From an uncultured Bacteroidota bacterium (GTDB taxonomy: Bacteria > Bacteroidota > Ignavibacteria > UBA10030 > UBA6906), in assembly GCA_963700635.1 (NCBI GenBank), contig CAVOYH010000003.1:224001-288000 (forward strand): a stretch of 64,000 nucleotides of DNA, given 5' to 3'. The translations under genes and the position numbers were made by a program. The notes below the pieces were generated by a model. It was given only the letters and a program-made list of their open reading frames with translations. It did no database searches and was not told the origin of the DNA. This document shows positions 10,174 through 18,715 of the stretch, piece by piece; position 1 is the first letter of the stretch; the number at the start of each line of letters is the position of its first letter.

Positions 10174-10374
10174 TTATCCCCTTTTTCGAGGAGTTGTCAG
10201 GCAACTCCTTCTGTACGCGATTACAAGTTCAACGACTTTCTCCACGCTCTCCTGGACCATCAGTTTCTTCCCCGTGGAGGTCGTTATGAGCGTATCGGGC
10301 GTGCTCTCGACGAACTCGATCATCTCCGCGTTCACCACAATCTTGGCATTCTGAAGCTTTGTAAGTTCAATCAT
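10174..10374 (-). CDS. flbD: FlbD/SwrD family flagellar protein
   Basis: MIELTKL...VNAEMIEFVESTPDTLIT..G.K..V.ES motif; follows flgE. Confidence 0.92.
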   Translation of the reverse strand: MIELTKLQNAKIVVNAEMIEFVESTPDTLITTSTGKKLMVQESVEKVVELVIAYRRSCLTTPRKRG

Positions 10375-10402
10375 GACTTCCTCCTCGTTCTTCCGATGAA
10401 TC

Positions 10403-10438
10403 CCGGGATTGAGAGATCAACAATCCTCTCAATCCCGG
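10403..10438 (-). terminator. Stem-loop downstream of flgE (terminator or mRNA-stability hairpin)
   Basis: 13-bp perfect inverted repeat CCGGGATTGAGAG/CTCTCAATCCCGG; no strong U-tract. Confidence 0.55.
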
Positions 10439-10481
10439 AATTGTCTATGTCTGGGACCGGGTGAGCATACACCCGTCACCG

Positions 10482-11759
10482 TTACCGTTTCAGATTCACA
10501 ACTTCCTGCAGAAACTCATCGCTTGTGCTGATGACCCTGGCACTTGCCTGGAATCCGCGCTGAGCTGTGATCATCTTGGTAAATTCATCGGCAAGGTCAA
10601 CATTTGATTGCTCAAGCGCCCCGGGCGATAACGCTGATGTTTCACCCGGTTCTACCACGGACGGCGTCCCGGAATTACCCGAAAGAGTGAACATGTTGTT
10701 CCCCAGTCGCATCAGCCCGCTGGAGTTGGTAAATTCCGCCAGCATCACCTGGGCGAGTGTCTGAACCGTCGCATTGCTGAATGTTCCCAGGATCTTTCCC
10801 GAGGAATCGAACTTTGCGTCGATCAACGTACCGGATGTATAACCGTCATAGTTCCGCGGCGTGATTGAGGAGCTACCCGAATTTTGTGTCACTCCTGCGA
10901 AAACGCCGGGTGTGCCAAACCGGAGGTCCAGCGTAAGGGGTTCGGCGCCACTGGTTGATGCAAAGGTAAGCGGGCTCCCGCTCGCCGATTGGAGTGACCC
11001 GTCCGTCGTGTTAAACACCAGCGTTCCGTTCCCCACAACGCTCGACGTTGTGGCGGGCGCAGGGTCGGGCACGGCAGCGGACCAATCCCATGTGTTATCT
11101 CCGGTTTTTGTAAATGTGAGCGTCATGGCAATCCGATTGCCAAGGGAATCATACACACTGGCTGAGGTTGAGGTGATTCCTCCGGTCGCCGGCGGTCCGG
11201 CGTTGTAAACGTCAGCCGATGAATCCAGATTGCCGGTGTATTCCACAAAGGTGGTCGCGCGCGGCGGTGATTTGATGTCTCTGTTGATGATGATATCAGC
11301 CAGTGTTGTTCCCGAAGGAATAACGCCGTTGGCATCAGCCATTTTCCCCTGCAACTTCGCCCCGGTCCCCGTCACGATACTACCATCAGCGTCCTGACCG
11401 AAACTGCCGGCTCTCGTGTACATCGTCTGTCCGCCCTGGTTTACGATAAAAAATCCTTGTCCGAAGATGGCCAGGTCACGTTCATTGTTGGTCTGCTCGA
11501 TATTCCCCTGCATAAACTGCGTATCCAGGGAATTTACCGACATGCCGAGTCCGACCTGCATCGGATTCGTTCCACCGGTTATGCTTGTGGGACGGCTGGC
11601 ACCACGCAGGGTCTGTGAATACAGTTCGCTGAAGGTTGCCCTTCCCGATTTGAACCCAACGGTGTTGACGTTTGCAATATTATTGCCAATGACATCCATC
11701 ATGGTTTGATGGTTCCGCAATGCGGACACGCCGGCGAAGAGTGATCTGAGAAATGCCAT
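10482..11759 (-). CDS. flgE: Flagellar hook protein FlgE
   Basis: IGNNIANVNTVGFK N-terminal motif; ALEQSNVDLADEF..MI.AQRGFQA C-terminal motif. Confidence 0.96.
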   Translation of the reverse strand: MAFLRSLFAGVSALRNHQTMMDVIGNNIANVNTVGFKSGRATFSELYSQTLRGASRPTSITGGTNPMQVGLGMSVNSLDTQFMQGNIEQTNNERDLAIFGQGFFIVNQGGQTMYTRAGSFGQDADGSIVTGTGAKLQGKMADANGVIPSGTTLADIIINRDIKSPPRATTFVEYTGNLDSSADVYNAGPPATGGITSTSASVYDSLGNRIAMTLTFTKTGDNTWDWSAAVPDPAPATTSSVVGNGTLVFNTTDGSLQSASGSPLTFASTSGAEPLTLDLRFGTPGVFAGVTQNSGSSSITPRNYDGYTSGTLIDAKFDSSGKILGTFSNATVQTLAQVMLAEFTNSSGLMRLGNNMFTLSGNSGTPSVVEPGETSALSPGALEQSNVDLADEFTKMITAQRGFQASARVISTSDEFLQEVVNLKR

Positions 11760-11807
11760 GATACGAACCCTCCTGTATCTCGAATGTGAATGATGTTCAT
11801 TGAAGAC

Positions 11808-11867
11808 CGGGTTTCAGTCGTTCCACCCGATCGGAGGGGCCTCCTCACACTGGAGAGGGCCAGCCCC
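11808..11867 (-). promoter_or_regulatory. Putative two-hairpin cis-regulatory RNA in the flgE leader
   Basis: Minus strand GGGGC-TGGCCCTCTCCAGTGTGAGGAG-GCCCC followed by CGGGT-GGAACGACTGAA-ACCCG, located between the TIGR02530 gene and the flgE RBS. Confidence 0.45.
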
Positions 11868-11903
11868 GGTACAACGGTTTCCGGATAGTCGATCCGGGTA
11901 TGA

Positions 11904-12290
11904 CTACGCGATAACGGCACTATCGATGTTGGTGAAGACGTTCTCCTTTAGATGTTCACTGTCCATAGCAGTGACCACTGTGCGGTTACGTACGCTTACG
12001 ATAAACGCCATGTCACGTAACAACACAAGTGAGTCTTTTGCTCCTTTTTCTTCCGCACGGTTGACTGCATGCTGAAGGTTTGTCATGTCAGCCTCGTTGA
12101 GCTGCATATTCCGTGCTTCGAGCCGTTCCCGTGCGTGACGGGAAAATGTCAGGCCGCGAAGCTCTTCCTGCAGTACGTTTTCGAAGGCTGACTCTTTTGC
12201 GCCTCCGGGCTGCGTCCGCTCTTTGAGTCCGTCAACCCCGTGTACGGGCAGAAACGGAATCCTTACGCCATTAACATAGGTATCAGCCAT
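11904..12290 (-). CDS. Flagellar operon protein, TIGR02530 family
   Basis: L.FSRHA.ERL..R, AEEKGAKDSLVL and ENVFTNIDSAVI motifs; lies between flgD and flgE. Likely start ATG 12290. Confidence 0.9.
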   Translation of the reverse strand: MADTYVNGVRIPFLPVHGVDGLKERTQPGGAKESAFENVLQEELRGLTFSRHARERLEARNMQLNEADMTNLQHAVNRAEEKGAKDSLVLLRDMAFIVSVRNRTVVTAMDSEHLKENVFTNIDSAVIA

Positions 12291-12972
12291 TGGCGCCACC
12301 ATGGAGGATTTCGATAATCCTTCCGAGCGGAATCTCCGCTCCATCCACTACAAACACGGTGCCCGTGCTCGTAAAACGTACGCCGTTCACCGTGCCGAAG
12401 AGGAATGTGGATGTCGTTACTGCCGCACCGGATGTATCCCCCGCTTCCACCTTGATGGTATAGGAACCCGCCGCCACCGTATTGCCATGGTCGTCTTTCC
12501 CGTCCCACGACAGCATGGTGTCGCCCTTTCCTGTTCCCGTCTCGGCGATCGTACGAACAAGCGAACCGCTCGCATCATAGATCTTTACGGATGCCGTTGC
12601 TGCGGACGCACCGAGCGTGTATCCGAACCGCACATCGTTGTCACCGGTCCATTGTACGGCATCACCCGACGCTTTGACGTCTTTGCCGATCAGCGTTGAA
12701 GCGAGCGCATTCCCGATGGACTGTGCCATGAGTTGATTCGTCGTGACGCTCGCCGAAAGCGTTTCATTCATGTTTGCTAACTGCTCAACGGAGCTGAATT
12801 GGGCCAGCTGTGCCGCAAACTCTGTTCCATCGAGCGGATTCATCGGGTCCTGATACCGCAACTGCGTGATCAGGAGCTTCAGGAAATCGTCCTTCCCGAG
12901 AATGCTGGACGACGTCACCCCCGTTGCAGCGGTTGATGTGCCCAGCAGTGCTTGATTGATTGTCGTTCCCAT
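12283..12972 (-). CDS. flgD: Hook capping protein FlgD
   Basis: LGKDDFLKLLITQL.YQDPMNP...EFAAQLAQFSS.EQ motif; Ig-like domain with WDGKD. Confidence 0.96.
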   Translation of the reverse strand: MGTTINQALLGTSTAATGVTSSSILGKDDFLKLLITQLRYQDPMNPLDGTEFAAQLAQFSSVEQLANMNETLSASVTTNQLMAQSIGNALASTLIGKDVKASGDAVQWTGDNDVRFGYTLGASAATASVKIYDASGSLVRTIAETGTGKGDTMLSWDGKDDHGNTVAAGSYTIKVEAGDTSGAAVTTSTFLFGTVNGVRFTSTGTVFVVDGAEIPLGRIIEILHGGANG

Positions 12973-12986
12973 GTTAGTCTCCTTTC

Positions 12987-14618
12987 CTACATCACCATTT
13001 CTATGGTGTTGTAACCCAGCAGGCGTCCTGTGAGGTACTGTTCGATACCCTCGGCCCCTGCGTCCCGCCGGAATCCGTGACGTGACTGGCGGTCGGCATT
13101 ACCGCCGGATTCGTTCGCCGGCCGCTCGCCGCCGGTTGACACGTCGAGCCGTTGCACGTCAATGCCGCGCTGACTCAGTGACAACCGCAACTGCGGCAGG
13201 TTATTCTCCAATACAGCCTTCACTCCCGCCTGCGTCACATCAATCTGGGCCTGCATCCTTCCGTTTTCCATCCGCACATGCAGTACGACTTCACCGAGAG
13301 ATTCAGGTTCGAGCTTGACGCGGAACTCGGAACTTTGCCCGTTCACCTGCAATGAGAACCCCTTCATCACCTGGTTCATCACGCTCTGCGCAGTATCCGG
13401 TGGAAGGGGGGAATGAATTGTCGGGATCCTGCCCTGGACTTCCGCCACGCGTGAAAACTCTCCCTTCGGGGTCAACGCTTCCGGAGGTGCGGAAAGGAAA
13501 GAATTACGGTGTCCCGTGTTATCTCCCGGAGCTCCTTCCTGTGAAGAGGGGTTGCCCACGGGAACCGGTTTGATGGTCTGACCGCCGCCTTCCCTCGAAA
13601 CAGCTGGCTGCCCTTCTTCCAGCCGAACCTCGGCCGGAACCTGAATTGGCTTGCCGGCGGCAGTGGCTTTTGCACCTGCGCCACCTTCAGCGGACTGTAC
13701 GTCTGCGTATGGTGTCGCGTGGCGCAGAAGTCGGACCATTCGGTGCACCGGATCATCACCCGGATCCTCCTCCACTGCTGCCGGTGCAGTTTCCTGCACT
13801 CTTGACGGCGGCACATCCCCCTCCTTGAGGGAGACCGGGATGGTTGGAGAGGCCGATTGATTCACCGCTGCAACGGTGGAGCGCCCCGGGGTCTTTCCAT
13901 CTGGCGCAGGGATGGGTGTCTTTCCATCTGCCACAGGGATGGGTATTTTCCCATCTGGCGTCAGCTTGGATAGCTCACCATCATTTCCTCCCTCCTGAGC
14001 GAGCCCCGATGTCAGGCCGGCCCGCAAGACAGCAGGTGTTACGGAATCCGGGAGCGACACTGGCGCAGTCACGGACTTTTCAGAACCGACACGGAGGTGT
14101 TCCACACCCTGTCGTCCTTCGCTGCCTGATGGGAGGCTGTGGCCCGGGACGGGCACCTCAACGTCCAGCCCGGAGGCCAGTGGCGGCACCTGAAGAGGAG
14201 CTGGCGCCGGGGAGGCATTTTCCGCCGGCGGACCGCCGGCCGGGTTGAGACCGGGTGGTTGTTCCACCCCGGAACCGACGGATACAACGGGCTGGGCGGT
14301 TCCACCGGACGCCGGGTTGCGGGGTTGCTCCATCGAGACAGCCATGTCAGGGAGAACTCCAGATACTCCCATCGATACACGTGTCCCGAAAAGAACCGCT
14401 TCACCGGGTTCGTCGGAATCGCCTCCGGCAATCGGGGCATGGGCCATCGAAGGGATCTGCACAGCGCCGCCAAGCAGCATCTGTTGCAGAAGCTCCAGAA
14501 AGGCCTCACCGCCGACCGCCGTTTCGTCAGTGCCGGGTGGCCTGCCACCAGCTCCCAGAACGTCCACCTGCTCCCCCACGGGAAGCAGAAGTACGGGGAA
14601 ACTGTTCATAACAATCAC
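12987..14618 (-). CDS. fliK: Hook-length control protein FliK
   Basis: Long Pro/Ala/Gly-rich disordered region plus C-terminal LEPESLGEV...LENNLPQLR.SL (T3S4) domain; precedes flgD. Confidence 0.9.
   Translation of the reverse strand: MIVMNSFPVLLLPVGEQVDVLGAGGRPPGTDETAVGGEAFLELLQQMLLGGAVQIPSMAHAPIAGGDSDEPGEAVLFGTRVSMGVSGVLPDMAVSMEQPRNPASGGTAQPVVSVGSGVEQPPGLNPAGGPPAENASPAPAPLQVPPLASGLDVEVPVPGHSLPSGSEGRQGVEHLRVGSEKSVTAPVSLPDSVTPAVLRAGLTSGLAQEGGNDGELSKLTPDGKIPIPVADGKTPIPAPDGKTPGRSTVAAVNQSASPTIPVSLKEGDVPPSRVQETAPAAVEEDPGDDPVHRMVRLLRHATPYADVQSAEGGAGAKATAAGKPIQVPAEVRLEEGQPAVSREGGGQTIKPVPVGNPSSQEGAPGDNTGHRNSFLSAPPEALTPKGEFSRVAEVQGRIPTIHSPLPPDTAQSVMNQVMKGFSLQVNGQSSEFRVKLEPESLGEVVLHVRMENGRMQAQIDVTQAGVKAVLENNLPQLRLSLSQRGIDVQRLDVSTGGERPANESGGNADRQSRHGFRRDAGAEGIEQYLTGRLLGYNTIEMVM
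13891..13961. repeat. 27-bp in-frame tandem repeat (~2.6 copies) in fliK
   Basis: gtctttccatctggcgcagggatgggt / gtctttccatctgccacagggatgggt / attttcccatctggcg, encoding PDGKIPIPV-ADGKTPIPA-PDGKTP. Confidence 0.85.
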
Positions 14619-15157
14619 CTCATGATGCGGGCGGCTCGATCCGGATCGAGCGCAGCGAGGATCTTCGCCGCCTGCCTTCTTTTAATTGTTAGAATGATCT
14701 GTTTGACATCACCGTCCGGGAAATCGTTGAGAATCCGCGCTGCGCTCGTCGGATCCATCGCTTCCAGGACCTTTGCCATGGACTTCCGTTGCTCCGCCTG
14801 AACACTGTCCGCGGCAGCGACTGCTTTCAGGGTACTGTCCATGGTATTGCGGAGTGGTTCCGCCGGGAGGGCGGAATTTTTTTGTTCCGGTACAAGAGCC
14901 ACTGTTTTCGCCTCTGCCGTATGAACGACACCCTGCGGCTTCTGAATCACGGTGTCCGCCGGAGCGGCAACCGAGTCACGAGATACCGGTGTTCCCATCG
15001 CGGGTGCCTTCCGGGATGCAGTGAGGAGCGAGTCAGGGGGAGGAGCCGGGGCGACGGGAAGCAGTTCGGGTTTTGCCAGCAGCAAAACAGCCACGATCAC
15101 CGCTGCCGCTCCTGATGCGAGCAGGAAGACAACCAGATACGGAAGCATCTTCTTCAT
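14615..15157 (-). CDS. MotE/FlbB/YlxF-like protein (TM plus MgtE N-terminal-like domain)
   Basis: N-terminal TM; AKVLEAMDPTSAARIL...QAAKILAALDP.RAA motif; lies between fliJ and fliK. Likely start MKKML at 15157. Confidence 0.8.
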   Translation of the reverse strand: MKKMLPYLVVFLLASGAAAVIVAVLLLAKPELLPVAPAPPPDSLLTASRKAPAMGTPVSRDSVAAPADTVIQKPQGVVHTAEAKTVALVPEQKNSALPAEPLRNTMDSTLKAVAAADSVQAEQRKSMAKVLEAMDPTSAARILNDFPDGDVKQIILTIKRRQAAKILAALDPDRAARIMR

Positions 15158-15161
15158 GTGA

Positions 15162-15596
15162 TCAGTACTCCGACTTTGTGCGCTGGGCGAGGACATCGAT
15201 GACCCGTTGAGATTTCCGTTCGTGCTCTTTTGCCTCTTCGTCCTTCCTGCGTTGATCGATCTTTACGATCATCTCTTTGGATTGTGATTTCTCCACGAGT
15301 TCGCCTCGTTTCCCCTCTTCCTGTGTCGTCGCTTGCGTCACCTTTTCTTCCTGGCGCTCGATCTGCCGCGAAAGACTCTGGAGGAACGCCTGGCTTGTCT
15401 GCAAATCGACAGCCCGGGTCTTCATTTTCCGCACAGCATCCGTCATTGCTGAACTCTGCTGCCCTTCCAGACTCGTCAGCGCGCCTTCTTCCCTTTCCCG
15501 GGCGACCCGGATCACGGCAAGCTCGCGTTGCGCCTTCTTTACCAGGTGTTCTTTGACCCGGATTACTGTTGACAGATTTGATTCTGACACGCGCAT
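15162..15596 (-). CDS. fliJ: Flagellar export protein FliJ
   Basis: 144-aa coiled-coil protein directly after fliI. Confidence 0.8.
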   Translation of the reverse strand: MRVSESNLSTVIRVKEHLVKKAQRELAVIRVAREREEGALTSLEGQQSSAMTDAVRKMKTRAVDLQTSQAFLQSLSRQIERQEEKVTQATTQEEGKRGELVEKSQSKEMIVKIDQRRKDEEAKEHERKSQRVIDVLAQRTKSEY

Positions 15597-15603
15597 ACGT
15601 TCC

Positions 15604-16965
15604 TCAATTGGACATCATCGTGATCAGCTGTTCAATACTCGGGTGGAACTCCTCCCGTTCGTCCGACGCCTGCCGGAGGAACGTGCGGATCCGTTCCCAG
15701 TTCCGCAACGCTTCATCAATGCGCGGGTTACTTCCTTTGACATACGCCCCGATGTTAATCAGATCTTCGGCCTCGCGGTAGGTGGCCATCATATCCATCA
15801 GACGATGGGCCGCTTTCCGATGCTGCTCCGTTGTCACTGCGGGCATAACACGGCTGATACTCTCCAGCACATCCACGGCAGGGTAGTGGCCCGCTGACGC
15901 AAGTCTGCGCGACAGCACGATATGCCCGTCAAGAATGGAACGCACCGCGTCTGCAACCGGATCCGTCATGTCGTCTCCCTCCACGAGGACGGTATACATG
16001 CCGGTAATGCTGCCGCGGCGTGACGTACCGGCCCGTTCAAGCAGTTTTGGAAGCATCGCGAACACTGACGGCGTATATCCTTTTGTTGTCGGCGGTTCTC
16101 CGATGGCCAGACCAATTTCCCGCTGGGCCATGGCAAGACGTGTCACTGAATCCATCAGCAGCATCACGTTCATCCCGCGGTCGCGGAAGTATTCGGCTAT
16201 TGTGGTCGCCAGGAATGCAGCTTTCAGCCGGATGAGCGCCGCCTGATCGCTTGTCGCAACCACGACCACCGAGCGGCGCAGTCCTTCGGCGCCGAGTTCG
16301 CGGTCAAGAAATTCCGCCACCTCGCGTCCGCGTTCCCCGACCAGCGCGATCACATTCACATCTGCGCTTGTATGCCGGGCGATCATACCGAGCGTCACAC
16401 TCTTCCCGACGCCGCTGCCGGCAAAAATGCCCACCCGTTGGCCGACGCCACACGTCAGGAGGGTGTCAATGGACCGGATCCCGGTCACGATCGGCGTGCT
16501 GATACGCTGCCGTTCAAGCGGATTGGGCGGGGCGCTGTAAATGGAACGCACTTCCCGCGTTGCAAGCGGTCCTTTTCCGTCAATGGGTTGTCCGAGACCA
16601 TCCAGGACGCGGCCGAGCAATTCTTCGCCGACATGCGCGGAAAGGACCCGATCGGTCGCCACAATTTCGCTGCCGGGGCCAATGCGCGCCGCATCACCCA
16701 GAATCATCGACAACACCCGGTTGTCCCGGAACCCGACTACCTCGGAGCGGCATACATCCTGGCCGTCCTTCGACTTGATCACGCACACATCACCGAGCGC
16801 GCAGTTTGGTCCGGTGGATTCAATCACCAGACCGATTACCTGTTTTACGCTGCCGTTCACTTTGAACAGGTCCAGATGACGGAGACGGTTGAGATAGTCC
16901 CCCCGCGGGGCACACAGGCCGTCTTCGGGTACAGGGGAAGCGCCGGACATTGCGGGCGAGATCAT
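15604..16965 (-). CDS. fliI: Flagellar export ATPase FliI
   Basis: GIFAGSGVGKS Walker A; GERGREV, LLMDSVTR and GEPPTTKGY motifs. Confidence 0.97.
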   Translation of the reverse strand: MISPAMSGASPVPEDGLCAPRGDYLNRLRHLDLFKVNGSVKQVIGLVIESTGPNCALGDVCVIKSKDGQDVCRSEVVGFRDNRVLSMILGDAARIGPGSEIVATDRVLSAHVGEELLGRVLDGLGQPIDGKGPLATREVRSIYSAPPNPLERQRISTPIVTGIRSIDTLLTCGVGQRVGIFAGSGVGKSVTLGMIARHTSADVNVIALVGERGREVAEFLDRELGAEGLRRSVVVVATSDQAALIRLKAAFLATTIAEYFRDRGMNVMLLMDSVTRLAMAQREIGLAIGEPPTTKGYTPSVFAMLPKLLERAGTSRRGSITGMYTVLVEGDDMTDPVADAVRSILDGHIVLSRRLASAGHYPAVDVLESISRVMPAVTTEQHRKAAHRLMDMMATYREAEDLINIGAYVKGSNPRIDEALRNWERIRTFLRQASDEREEFHPSIEQLITMMSN

Positions 16966-17690
16966 GACGTACGCTCCTGGGGCACCGCGTCGTGCACAAA
17001 TAATGCGCTGTCAATCTGACGGAGTTGTGTGGTTATACGGGCATCCACATTTCCGGATGAGCTTACGATGATACACCCACCGCGCTCAATGGTATCATCG
17101 GATTCGATCGCGACTTCGCGAACTGTGTCAGCCGACGCAAGGAGTGCGGCCCGGTGAGAACGGATAAGAACTTCGTCTTCGGGGTGAATGCGGAGTGTGA
17201 TGGTTTCCACCCCGACGATGCGGCGTATGGCCTCGTGGACCTGGCGGACCACAACTTCATCATCACGTGCGATTTCACGCTTGATGATCCGCCCGGCGAC
17301 CGCCAGCGAGAACTGGTAGGCATCCTGCTCCAGGGATGCTGTAAACACGCGCACCTGGCGCGCAATTCCTTCCATCAGCGCTCCGATACGGTCATCCGCC
17401 TCCGACCGGGCAAGGGCTAGCCTGCGTTGAATGTCCTGTTCAGCTTCCGCACGCCCCTGGGCGCGTCCCTTTTCATAGGCACGCTGCACGCGCTCTGACA
17501 GTGTACTTTCGTCACCCGTGCGAAATTCTGCCCCCTGCCCGAGACCGGCACCTGACATGGGGTCAGACAGGCAGTTGGCTGACGGCTCCTGGTCTGCCGC
17601 CCGATTCGGCACAATCACAGGGGGAGCGTCAACGCGGACCAGCCGCAGCCGCTTTCCTTGTTGTTTGTGTAACCTCACAACGTTAGACAA
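16962..17690 (-). CDS. fliH: Flagellar assembly protein FliH
   Basis: AYEKGRAQG repeats; IHPED and IERGGCII...G.VDARI.TQL motifs. Probable TTG start at 17690 with a GAGGAGG RBS (track start 17726). Confidence 0.9.
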   Translation of the reverse strand: MSNVVRLHKQQGKRLRLVRVDAPPVIVPNRAADQEPSANCLSDPMSGAGLGQGAEFRTGDESTLSERVQRAYEKGRAQGRAEAEQDIQRRLALARSEADDRIGALMEGIARQVRVFTASLEQDAYQFSLAVAGRIIKREIARDDEVVVRQVHEAIRRIVGVETITLRIHPEDEVLIRSHRAALLASADTVREVAIESDDTIERGGCIIVSSSGNVDARITTQLRQIDSALFVHDAVPQERTS

Positions 17691-18705
17691 AGACCTCCTC
17701 CGAGCCTCCGCGACCGGCGACGACAATATCGCCCTGGTCTTCGAGCTGCTTCACGATTTCCACAATACGTGTCTGGGCCCCCTCCACTTCCTTGAGTCGG
17801 ACCGGCCCCATATACTGCAGCTCTTCCTTGAGCAGCTCCTGTGCCCGCTCGGACATATTGCGGAACACTTTATCCTTCAATTTCTCATCGACAACTTTGA
17901 GCGCTATCGCGAGCTCGCGCTTGTCCACTTCGCGCAGAATCCGCTGGATACCACGATCATCAACATACAGGAGATCTTCGAACATGAACATCAGCCGTTT
18001 GATCTCACCGGACAGCTGGCTATCGGTCTGTTCAATATGTTCCAGGATCATCTTTGCATTGATGTTATTACACTTGTTCAGCACGGCAGCCATCGCCTTT
18101 GCGCCGCCCATGGAGCTCATACTCTGACTGATTTCTGTTCGCGCAATATCTTCAACAACATCTTCCACTTCTGAGAGGAGCGCGGGCGAGACTTTGCCGA
18201 GCGTCGCCATCCGGTAGCTGACGTTGTTCCGGAGTTCGTCAGAAAATTCCGCCAGCACCTGGGCCGTCTGGTCCGGACTCAAATTCGTGAGAATCAACGC
18301 GATAGTCTGGGGATGTTCCTTTCCAAGGAAGCCTGCCAGCTGCTGCGCATCCGCTTTCTTGAGGATCCCGAAGCCTTTCACATGAGTCATTGCTCGCACT
18401 TTTTCCAGAACGTCCGTCGCCTTTGAGAAGCCCACCGAATGTTCCAGGAGTTTCTGCGCGTAGTCCATTCCCCCCTGGATCACATACTCCTGTGCCGTAA
18501 TCATATGATGGAATTCTTCTGTCACAGCATCAGCAACCGTCGAGGAGATCCCCCTCACATTGGAAATCTCAATCGTCAGCAGTTCGACCTCTTCCTGGCT
18601 CAGTTGACGCATCATCTGAGTGGCCGTCTCGACATCCAGCGACAGGATCAACATTGCGGCTTTCTGCCGCGCGGTCAGACGTTGGGTATTCACCGGTTGT
18701 GACAT
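17683..18705 (-). CDS. fliG: Motor switch protein FliG
   Basis: QKAAML, GG.DYA, EHPQTIALIL, MFMFEDL, NMSERA and GPVRLKEVE motifs. Confidence 0.97.
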   Translation of the reverse strand: MSQPVNTQRLTARQKAAMLILSLDVETATQMMRQLSQEEVELLTIEISNVRGISSTVADAVTEEFHHMITAQEYVIQGGMDYAQKLLEHSVGFSKATDVLEKVRAMTHVKGFGILKKADAQQLAGFLGKEHPQTIALILTNLSPDQTAQVLAEFSDELRNNVSYRMATLGKVSPALLSEVEDVVEDIARTEISQSMSSMGGAKAMAAVLNKCNNINAKMILEHIEQTDSQLSGEIKRLMFMFEDLLYVDDRGIQRILREVDKRELAIALKVVDEKLKDKVFRNMSERAQELLKEELQYMGPVRLKEVEGAQTRIVEIVKQLEDQGDIVVAGRGGSEEVFV

Positions 18706-18715
18706 GGGATACCTG

